Of a stretch of DNA of 64,000 bases, positions 1 through 9,639 are shown in pieces (the stretch's first letter is position 1; each line of letters opens with the position of its first letter). This stretch comes from Eledone cirrhosa (lineage: Eukaryota). The stretch is from contig OZ024740.1 in assembly GCA_964016885.1 (NCBI GenBank), positions 42,904,001-42,968,000 of the forward strand, given 5' to 3'. The notes below the pieces were generated by a model. That model had not been told where the DNA came from. It did not search any database and worked only from the letters and a program-made list of their open reading frames with translations. A program made the position numbers and the translations under genes.

Positions 1-297
1 TTTCATAGTGACACTTCCAAGCTACCTTCTTATCAGCGTCGGTGATGGCAAGTATGCCATCATCGTTAAGTACACACTTCTCCCCGACAATATCACGGTT
101 TTCCTTGACGCATTGCCTAGCAATCCTGAACACCTCACGTTTCTGGTCCTAGCGTTGTAGAACATGCTTGAACTTTCTTTCCTCAGCTTCCCTTCTTGCT
201 AAGTACACTTGTCTCCTAGCTTCCCTCCTGGCCACTTGATAGTCTTCTCTACTTCCCCCATCCCGCCATACTTTCCAAGCCTGCTTTTTGGCCTTAA

Positions 298-1295
298 TTA
301 CCCCTCCACCTTACTGTTCCACCACCATGTTACTCTCCTCCTGCCTACAGGCCTGCTCCAGCCACAGACTTCGTCTGTCGCCATCAGCAGGTCTGCTTTC
401 AGAAATTCCCACTGTCCCTCTATATTGTCCGACTCTAAATGTTCTTCCTTACTGTCGAAAGCATCAAGTAATATGCTTTGAAATTTATTTCTGGCTGTGG
501 GGTCCTTTAGCTTCCATATTTTTCTCCTGAGGATAGTCCTCTTCTGCTGTCGAGTACGTCTCATCCTGACTATGAGGTCGCTAATTATTAGTCTATGTTG
601 GGAGGTGCATTCTTCATGGGGGAGGGATTTAGTGTTTACAACAGACACTCTGTCACGTCTTCTGGTAAGGATATAATCTACCTGGCTTGTGTGTTCCCCG
701 GATCTATAGGTGATCAGGTGATTGTCACGTTTTTTGAAGTTAGGGTTACAGATAGTTAGGTTATTTGCATCACAGAATTCCAGGATTCTGGAGCCTTCCT
801 CATTTCTAGTACCAAACCCATAGCCTCCATGGATTTCGTCGTAGCCGTCACAATGTTGTCCAACGTGACCATTTAGGTCGCCTGCAATAATTATATAGTC
901 ACTGTCGGATATTTGGGAGGTAGTTAGCATCAGTGTCTCATAGAATCTGTCTTTTATAGTGCCGGGCAGTCCGGATTGGGGTGCGTACGCAGATATTACT
1001 GTCACCGTAGTTCTATTGAGGACAAGTCGTATTTTAATTATTCTGTCGTTCAGTCTATTTACGTCTATTATCTTATCTGCCCACTTTTCTGCTACCATGA
1101 TTCCTACTCCACCCAGCCCATCGTCGTTTCCCACCCAGAAAAGCTTATAACATCGTTTTTTACCCTCAATGAATCTAGCAGACCCACCCGTCCACCTGGT
1201 CTCTTGAATACAACAAACATCGACCTCCTTACGTTCAAGCATTTCTACAACCTCGTTAGCTCGACCCTTTAGGGTGCCTACATTTATGGTACCAA
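298..1295 (-). pseudogene. APE (exo/endo/phosphatase) domain of RTE element ORF, frameshifted near 298
   Basis: ORF 298..1242 plus in-frame upstream VGTINV motif. Confidence 0.85.
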
Positions 1296-1549
1296 CTCTG
1301 AAGTTTTGGATTGCGTTTGGGGGTTGGGGGCGGTGGGGGGGCGGTGGGCGATGGGGTTATGTTAGCCGTCCGCGGTCGAAACAATGAGGAGTGCTCGCAT
1401 TCTCGTCCACGAGGTGAATTTGTCTTTATCTTTATCTTTGGCATTGTCGCTGAGCGTCCATATTTTTCTCTCTCTCCTCCACTCTCCAGGATTCCGCAGT
1501 CCATCCATCCATCATATATCGAAAGGCAACCAGGCAAGCGATAGTATAG

Positions 1550-1654
1550 GCCCCTGGCTTCTGATTGGTCCGCGTAATAATAATACTGGTGATGCGTGGG
1601 GGCTCTGGCTTATGATTGGTCCACGTAATAACAATGGTGGTGCGTGGGGGCGGG
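1550..1654. promoter_or_regulatory. Two ~52-bp tandem units with CCAAT (ATTGG) motifs and a GC box in the RTE 5' UTR; candidate internal Pol II promoter
   Basis: ctggcttctgattggtccgcgtaataa.. repeated as ctggcttatgattggtccacgtaataa..; ends in ggggcggg. Confidence 0.4.
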
Positions 1655-1806
1655 AGGGAGAGGTGTTGGGTAGCTAGATAGAAGGTAATGATTGAATGAG
1701 GTCGATCGACTCGATCCCAGACCTCATTCGCTTAATGAGTGGAATGGAGCTCTTCAAAGGGGACCCAGAAAACAACATTTCCATTGGCCTTTAGTATTTC
1801 TATTAC

Positions 1807-1891
1807 TGTGTGCGTGTGTGCGTGCGTGTGTGCGTGCGTGTGTGTGTGTGTGTGTGTATGTGTGTGTGTGTGGGTGTGGGTGTGGGTGTGT

Positions 1892-1966
<75 letters not shown>
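1807..1966. repeat. (GT)n microsatellite
   Basis: Directly visible. Confidence 0.98.
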
Positions 1967-1970
<4 letters not shown>

Positions 1971-2017
1971 ATGGTAGTTGATCGAAGCAGGAGTAAAATA
2001 TGAGGAAATAAACATAA

Positions 2018-2126
2018 ATGTTTCTACTTTTGGAACAAGGCCAGCAATTACCCAGTGCATTACTGGTACTTTAATTTATCGACCCCGTAAGGATGAAAGG
2101 CAAAGTTAACCTCGGCGGGATTTGAA
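2018..2126 (-). mobile_element. tRNA-derived SINE family 1, 3' part
   Basis: Reverse complement of the 22920-23034 part of the SINE (ttcaaatcccgccgaggttaactttgcctttcatcc..ccaaaagtagaaaca). Confidence 0.85.
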
Positions 2127-2400
2127 TATATATGATAAATCTGTTTGAAATAACTACCATGATTTTTACTGAAAATGACAACACCAACGAATACATTGTG
2201 TGATATATTACTACAGTACGACACGCAGTCATATAAGTAAGTGGTAGATGTGTTAACAGAAGGAAACGTTACATCTCAAGTAAATACATTATGTTCAATC
2301 ATCAATTTCTAACTGTCTGGATTATTCGGCTATGAAACATTCTATATTTTAACACTCTTTCTCTTTCTTTCTGTCGCTCTTTCCCACACCCGAAACACGC

Positions 2401-2440
<40 letters not shown>

Positions 2441-2820
2441 CAAAATGTTAACAAATGAAAAATATTCGCATAAACAAAATATAAACTTTATTATATATAT
2501 TTCAAAGGTACTGTGCTGTTTTTTTCAGTACGTCCACATCAGACAAAATATATGATTTGATATATGTCATACCGCTACGGTCTTGATTATTCAATTCCCG
2601 TATTGGCATTGAAATATGTATAATAAAGTATAAATTTTGATTATGCGAATATTTTTCATTTGTCAACAATTTGAATAATATTAAAAACTCCAGGAAAACC
2701 TTGCAGTTGAGTGCTTCTAATCTATTGTAAAACTGTATTCGTTGAGTAATCAACGAATCATTTTAATCTCTGGTTATATATATATATACATTCATACATA
2801 CGTATATACATTTGTAATTA

Positions 2821-2860
<40 letters not shown>

Positions 2861-2960
2861 TACATACGTATATATATATTTGTAATTACGCATATATATA
2901 TATAACTGAAAAACACGAGGAAGTTTCGTTTACATATGAAAACATATTTATTGCGTTTCG

Positions 2961-3052
2961 ACTTGTCACGCGCGTTTCGCAGAGGATATGCTCAATGTGA
3001 CTTATAGATGTTATGGACCATAATCCAGTATAGATCTGCTCCTCAGACTGGT
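2961..3052 (-). ncRNA. Type I hammerhead ribozyme-like motif, decayed
   Basis: accagt CTGAGGA gcaga..tctgc GAAA cgcgc GTG acaagt; palindromic stem III acgcgcgt; non-permissive GUG triplet. Confidence 0.6.
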
Positions 3053-3155
3053 GATGTAGCAAAAGATATATTTTTGTTATGCTATGTGGGCCGAGAAGGT
3101 ATATATATATATATAGGCCCACATATCACAACAAAAATATATCTTTTGTAGCATC

Positions 3156-3247
3156 ACCAGTTTGAAGAGCAGATCGATACTGAAGTCGGGTCCATAACCC
3201 CTATGGTTCACATTGGGCCAATTCTCTGAGAAACGCGCGTAAGAGGT
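3156..3247 (+). ncRNA. Type I hammerhead ribozyme-like motif, decayed
   Basis: accagt TTGAAGA gcaga..tctga GAAA cgcgc GTA agaggt. Confidence 0.55.
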
Positions 3248-3458
3248 CGATACGCAATAAATATTTTTCATCTGTAAACGAAACTTCCTCCTGTTTTTCT
3301 GTTATATATACACATACATACACACACATATATACGTATGGGTTATATCGAACATTAATAATAATGTTCAATTCGTTTGTAAACAAACGGCCCGATTTGA
3401 AGCTATGTTCGATATAACCCATACGTACATACTCTCTATATATGTGTCTGTATGTATA

Positions 3459-3501
<43 letters not shown>

Positions 3502-3525
3502 ACACACATATATATATATATACAT

Positions 3526-3602
<77 letters not shown>

Positions 3603-3834
3603 TATATATATACATATATATATATATGTGTGTGTGTGTGTGTATGTGTGTACGTGTGCATACTTATATTTATGTATCAGCTGTGCTAGGACGAGAAATA
3701 AAATTCTAATTTTATTTTTAATATTCGGCAAGGCCAGCCGTAACTCACTCGGTATGCAAATGAGGCTACTCAGCCAACGTGTACTTAAGAAAATACTATA
3801 TATTTTCAACCGTTCAACACACTGGCAGAGGTAT

Positions 3835-3876
3835 ACATCCTGGTGAAGGGTAATGACCCAGAAACATGTTGATTGT
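3835..3876 (+). ncRNA. Minimal type I hammerhead-like motif (A6>G)
   Basis: acatc CTGGTGA a gggt aatg accc a GAAA cat GTT gattgt; stem III palindrome acatgt. Confidence 0.6.
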
Positions 3877-3974
3877 TCCTCAAAGCCACTGCTGAACAAA
3901 CAGGTGCCGATCGGTCACCGACACTGCACAGCTTCAAATCGAGCCGTTTGTTTACAACCAAATCCAACATTATT

Positions 3975-4070
3975 GGCAGTAATGGTAGAATGACGGACGC
4001 CATGCTTTGCAGCAAAGAGTTACGCCACTTTATGATCTGAGTTCAAATCCCGCCGAGGTTGACTTTGCCT
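3975..4070 (+). mobile_element. SINE family 1 fragment nested in the HHR element
   Basis: ggcagtaatggtagaa..gttcaaatcc (B box) cgccgaggttgactttgcct; flanked by ttatt on both sides. Confidence 0.8.
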
Positions 4071-4135
4071 TATTAATGTTCGATATAACCCATACGGACA
4101 TATGCATACGTATATATATATGTGTGTGTATGTAC

Positions 4136-4179
<44 letters not shown>

Positions 4180-4181
<2 letters not shown>

Positions 4182-4540
4182 GCAGAGGTTATATTTAATT
4201 TGTTGGGATTCAACAAGCTTTACAATTTGTATAACTGATATAAAGCACTCAACAGTTTAGTGGAGTAAATATACAATATATTAACAAATGGAAACTATAT
4301 TTATAAAACCATATTTATTCTATTATACATATTTCAACTTGCACCAAGGCAAATTATGTGCGCTTTCATCAGATAAAATACAATACAGATTTGTTTTATT
4401 AATAAATATCGACATACCCTGAAAAAAGACAACCTTAACGGTTGGAGCTTCCTGCCTTGGTGGCCCTTGAAATATGTATAATAGAATAAATATGGTTTTA
4501 TAAATATAGTTTCCATTTGTTAATATATTGTATATTTATA
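4180..4540 (-). mobile_element. HHR-bearing pLTR-like element with inverted partial copy
   Basis: 4267-4337 inverted at 4467-4539; 4180-4390 is homologous (reverse complement) to 58670-58878. Confidence 0.75.
4316..4380 (-). ncRNA. Type I hammerhead ribozyme motif, core intact, AUA triplet
   Basis: tattttat CTGATGA aagcgcac..gtgcaagtt GAAA tatgt ATA atagaata; 8-bp stem I with one GU pair. Confidence 0.7.
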
Positions 4541-4977
4541 TATATATATATGTATATATATCAACTAGGAATTGATTGACATATATATATAAAATAAACA
4601 CATGAAACAATCACAGGAGATAATTTGTAAAGTGTGTAAGCACACACAGCTTGGTAGGTAACTAATTAAAGTTTAACTAGAACTTTAAATATAGATACCT
4701 TTTAAAATGATTAATCTTCCTTGTATATATTCCATTAATGAAATATATTTCACCATTAATCGTAAATCACAGTAGTCAAATCCCGGATTTTTAACTAGAG
4801 ATAAGATTTAACTATCTGTGTTCACAGCAATTGCAAATCTTCGAATGAACCGTCGCACGTGTTGCATTTTTTTAAAAATACACACATCGTACCAGCGTCA
4901 TCCAGTGGCGTGAATATCGACAGCTAGAAATGGCAGCCGAGTCCTTTCAACTGAGTTAGCTCTACAATTATATCCCA

Positions 4978-5143
4978 AATTAAATTAAGGGTATCATGTT
5001 CTAGATATGCGCCATATCCACTGTAGAATATGCTCAAAGATTCCAAATTGATATACAATTCTCTGATCTATTCATTGGAATATTTGAGCATATTCTACAG
5101 TGGATATGGCGCATGTCTCAGACATGACACCCTTAATTTAATT
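4978..5143. repeat. ~165-bp imperfect hairpin (MITE-like or fold-back)
   Basis: aattaaattaagggtatcatg..gctcaaagattcca pairs with tggaatatttgagc..catgacacccttaatttaatt. Confidence 0.8.
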
Positions 5144-5195
5144 GTGTATATATATATATATATATATATATCGTTTACGATTTCACAGAACTTAT

Positions 5196-5239
<44 letters not shown>

Positions 5240-5259
5240 ACACATATATATACACATAC

Positions 5260-5323
<64 letters not shown>

Positions 5324-5901
5324 ATATATATGTATATGTATGTATATATGTGTATATAGATGTGTATGTATGTGTATGTGTGTACACATGGACTAGAGTA
5401 AGTATGTATATATGTGTGTGTCTATACGTGTGTATATAAAGATAAGTTGAGTATGAAAATGTATACACATGAGCGCGTATGTATGTACATGAATACATGT
5501 GTGTATATATATGTGTATGCATGTGTATATATATGTAAGTATGAATATGCGAATTGTGAGTATATGTATTTTGTAGAGGTGTGCAAATATATTTGTGTGT
5601 GAATGCGTGGGTGAAAGGATACGTACACTTGAAAGAAAAATTTAAGTCTGAATGTTAATTAAGTGCAAACACAAAACCAACCACGCATATCTTTACTATC
5701 TCTAATCCTTCTATAGATTTAGAAAAATAACCAATAATATATTCTATAAAAAATGTCAAAACAACACATGGGAATCTAATTACTCACTGCCACCAAGAAT
5801 TCTCACTGCTATCGAAAGACCACTCCTTCAACTATTCATCTAACAACTTCACCCCTCCCTCCTAATATTCTCTATAAAAACTAAATAGGTCCTCAGTAAT
5901 A

Positions 5902-6021
5902 TTATTCTGATGAAATGACAGTAAATAATAACATTGAAATATTGAATGTCTGCATAACTAAAAGTTTGTAGATAGCAGCTGTTTTAGGTTATATAACTGT
6001 TATAGAAACACGTGTCAATAA
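5902..6021 (+). ncRNA. Type I hammerhead ribozyme motif, core intact, long stem II insert
   Basis: ttatt CTGATGA a atgacagt..actgttat a GAAA cacgt GTC aataa; stem III palindrome acacgtgt. Confidence 0.8.
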
Positions 6022-6168
6022 ATTCCTTTCAACTAAACTGTATCCATTCAAATCTTTCTATTTTTCTCCGGATTACTTTTGGAACGACAACTGGAACCGT
6101 CGAGCAAACTCTACGTGAGCTGATAATCTACTGTGTGTAATATTTATATTACAACACAACGGAAAATA

Positions 6169-6202
<34 letters not shown>

Positions 6203-6206
<4 letters not shown>

Positions 6207-6418
6207 GTTGAGACAGTAAACAGAAAACAAAAAAACGTTGAAGCGAAGAGGCAGTACAAATGTTGTTATTAGTTTCACGTTTGAGAGTGGGGGTGTGGGG
6301 GGTGGGGGGCGTTTCGGGCATAAACCCTTTATCAGGAGAAAAGTGGGTGGGAAGAGAGTTCCGAGGGTGTGTGGTGGAAAGACATTTAAAAAAAGGGGGG
6401 GAGTAGAGAAAAGGAATA
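6203..6418 (-). mobile_element. Penelope pLTR-like remnant with decayed HHR-like core (6310-6336)
   Basis: CTGATAA agggtttatgccc GAAAC; no cleavage triplet; bounded by (TA)n on both sides. Confidence 0.5.
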
Positions 6419-6687
6419 TATATATATATATACACATATACATTGTGAAGGCCCCACATCGGAGATGTCCTATGGTATAGTTTACACAGGTTTGAGTCCC
6501 ATATATGCCACAGATAACCCGGTCGCTTTCCTGTCGCAACTAGAGCTTTGAGGCGTCAGTCATGGTGATAATAAACGGCCAGATAAACACATTTCCCGTT
6601 TGAAGTGGATAAGTCACTTATTAAAGACAGTACACGGTGCTAACATTATGACTTCCGCATTAATGTCTGGTGTCTCACCCTCACGTA

Positions 6688-6810
6688 CTACTCATTTTTG
6701 CCACACGGGTGGACTGGTGCAAACACGAATCGAAGTACCTTGCTGAAGGATATATTGCACTGTTGGGAATCGTATTCACGACCTGACGATCATCATCCGT
6801 CCACTAACTA
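6688..6810 (-). mobile_element. CORE-type SINE (family 2), degenerate
   Basis: Reverse complement resembles 62884-63000 (B box-like gaatacgattccc, then atccttcagcaaggtacttc). Confidence 0.5.
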
Positions 6811-8297
6811 ATAAAAACAGAGTCTTTGGGATGATGTGTTGAATAATATAATGATCATACTGCCTTTAACATCAAATATGATAGCTTTTGCAACATTAGA
6901 AACATCTCAGACATGCTGCTTAAATCCGTATGGCTGACATATTTCATCCATTTATCTTAGTAATACTCACTGTCTCAAGTCGGTGTTGATCTCTTTCTAG
7001 CTCTTTTATACACTAGTTTCTTTTCCATTGAGCTTGTTAGCTATATGCCTCATTGATTTTGTCTCATCCTTTTTTTTAGAAACAGACACATATTTGAACG
7101 TATTCAGATTGTTCAATTCCAGAAAGTTTTCTTCTCCGCGTATCTGCATTATGAAGTGTGTCTAAATATAACACAATTAATATCATTGACATATGTTTTC
7201 TTTGCTTCACTTCATCCTGAGAAACTTAATCACAGTATCTAAATTTGTTATCAACAAATATCTCCGTCGGAATATTATTTATATTTTCTTAATCTCAGTG
7301 TCTGTCTCTGAATCTTCATAGGAAACAGAAATAAGTGTTTCAATCATTACAACTCTATCTTTCTAGGTATCGTTAATTCGCCCAATCTTTGAAATACGTT
7401 TCGTTTCTTCGTATATGATGGGTCGTAATATCAAATGTGAATATATATCAATGAGATATAGGTCGTTTGTATCAAGGTCTTATTTGAACAAAACGTCACA
7501 AAGGGATTATGGCTATAGTTTGAATTCTCAATATAATTGTATAATTCCAATTCTCTGCTCCAACGAGGTTCACCTATGAACCAACAAGGCACTATACAAG
7601 CTGACATTTATTTTTACTTATACTTTGTTGTCTTTTACATATTATTTAAAACAGGTTCAATAATGGGAGGTTGATGAGAGATAGATACATGAAATAAGAT
7701 TTGGTAGCCGAGTAAGACAACCAATGAACCCATGTTATACCAAGAAATTTACATATAAATATGTCAGACAGAAACATATATAAGTTCATTACTCTACATT
7801 CAAGCAGGTGGCTGTAGTACTGTAAAAGATTCTTGTATTATATATAATAAACACAAACGACAAAATGTGATGCAAATTAAAACATTTTTATAAATCCGTT
7901 TTCTATAAATGTGCGCATTTTATTTCAGATTAAATTTCCGCTATAATTAGTTTGGCTTTCGAAAATTATACAATTATAATTTGCTTACTATAATTAACAA
8001 ATCTTCAAAGTTATTGCAATACAAATTGTAAATATGTGTCATACAAGATTTAAAAATGATACATATATTCTGATATTAGAATGTGTTTTTAAAAATGTGT
8101 AAATTGAAAATTATATCTACATTGTTAGCGATTTAGTTCATAAAAATAAAGATTAATATACACTCTATTAGTTATGTTTAAATTATGATGTCAGTGGTAT
8201 TAGTTGTTCACTTCAAATCAAAGGTCAATATAGAAAAATTAAATTAAAGTTTAATAGAATTTCTCTCAGTGATACAAACAAAATTGGTAATTAGAAT

Positions 8298-8319
8298 CTC
8301 TCTCTCTCTCTCCCTCTCC

Positions 8320-8405
<86 letters not shown>

Positions 8406-8428
8406 ATATATATATATATATATATATA
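8298..8428. repeat. (CT)n-(TA)n compound microsatellite
   Basis: Directly visible. Confidence 0.97.
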
Positions 8429-8736
8429 GTAGAAAAATCGAGTATCGAAAAATCGGCGCACGAGTTCACGATAAACAAAATTCGAGATGAGCGGCAGAGG
8501 ACTCCATAATTCAGATAAATCAGAGCTATAACTATCGTTAAAATACCGTCACACGTAGAATATGTCTACAATCAACCATACGACCGAAAAATTGCGATAT
8601 GGAAGATTCGGGACACTCAGATAAATTATCAATAAATCAATAAATCAAATGAATGTAAAAAATATATATATATTATATAGTGAAAACTTGGACGGGAACG
8701 CAAACAGAGAGGGAGACACAATATATATATATATTT

Positions 8737-9080
8737 ATGATGGCTGCCCCCTCGTTATCGAGTATGGCCATTGCACGATATACCCTCATTAATTAATTCT
8801 ATCGTGCAATGTCTGTGCATGAAGATATTTTTTAAAGTTAGGAAAGACTGTGCACTGAGCCAATCACACTCTCTGAGCGACAGTAGCTATAACCCCAAAA
8901 GAAGAAAAGATCAACACCATCGGTAACTACTGACCCGCAGGTTTTATATCGGAGTTATCCCATTTTCCTGAGTTGCCTTCTCCTAGAGGAATACCCTGAC
9001 AAAGGCTAAGGGTCCTTCACTCCCAGTGTTTTAACCGCGCGATCGGGTGTCCAGCCCGACTATTTCTATAACTCCGCGCA
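8737..9080 (-). mobile_element. GC-richer short interspersed element, possibly a non-autonomous RTE derivative
   Basis: Discrete higher-GC block between TA-rich tracts; ctaggagaaggcaactc recalls RTE 5' UTR motifs (from memory, not searched). Confidence 0.3.
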
Positions 9081-9639
9081 TATACATACACATGCACCCA
9101 TGTATATACACATATACATATACATACATATTTACATGTGCATATACATATTTACACACTTTTGGATGGCTGTTGATTCTCATGAGTTCTTCCGCCCGTT
9201 TATTATGAGTAACAATAAATAAAACCTTATAATATGTATATGGCGCTCTGCTGAAACGCCGTTATCTACATCTTCTTGGGGTCCAAAGATGTTTTATTTT
9301 ACAAATTATATTTACTTTGCTGCCTGTTTCCGATCCTCAAGCATGCTCCCCCTTAACCTTTTCCCTTTCTTCCCCCTGACCTCTTTATAATCTACTCTGA
9401 CTTCCCTGGTTGGCCATACGACTTTCTCCTCCTGTTTGTGATGCCTCTGATGCATACACTTCAATGTATTCTCTCAGCGGTCAGGAGATAATTTCCTTCC
9501 TCTTCGAGGTAAGTCAATAATTATCCTCACGTGTTTATTAATAAATGGTGCGGGGATTTTGTATGGTTCTCTCTGGAATTACCGAACTGGTTATATTGTT
9601 ATAATGAACATTTCTATTTATAATAAACATTTCTATTTT

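Larger units (their letters stand above)
1..1800 (-). mobile_element. RTE-clade non-LTR retrotransposon, 5' portion (5' UTR + APE endonuclease + linker), runs off window start
   Basis: Minus strand reads FRVGTINVGTLKGRANEVVEMLERKEVDVCCIQETRW..AYAPQ..GDLNGHVG..QVDYIL..SQHRL (APE motifs). Frameshifted continuation below 298 (VIKAKKQAWK..ARREARRQVYLA..WKCHYE). The 5' boundary is approximate (next to the GT microsatellite). Confidence 0.85.
2901..3308. mobile_element. ~400-bp imperfect palindrome: two head-to-head HHR-bearing Penelope pLTR-like arms
   Basis: 2901-3092 is the reverse complement of 3116-3308; (TA)n at centre and both ends; each arm has an HHR-like core followed by AATAAA. Confidence 0.8.
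3330..4105 (+). mobile_element. Non-coding HHR-bearing Penelope-like/retrozyme-like element with inverted 5' copy of its 3' end
   Basis: atgttcgatataacccatac occurs at ~3406 and ~4077 (direct) and at ~3337 (inverted); 3360-3405 is the reverse complement of 3930-3975. Confidence 0.65.

Noticed and set aside
9444-9487. HHR-like cct CTGATG..GTC agg
   Set aside because: GAAA half of the core is missing
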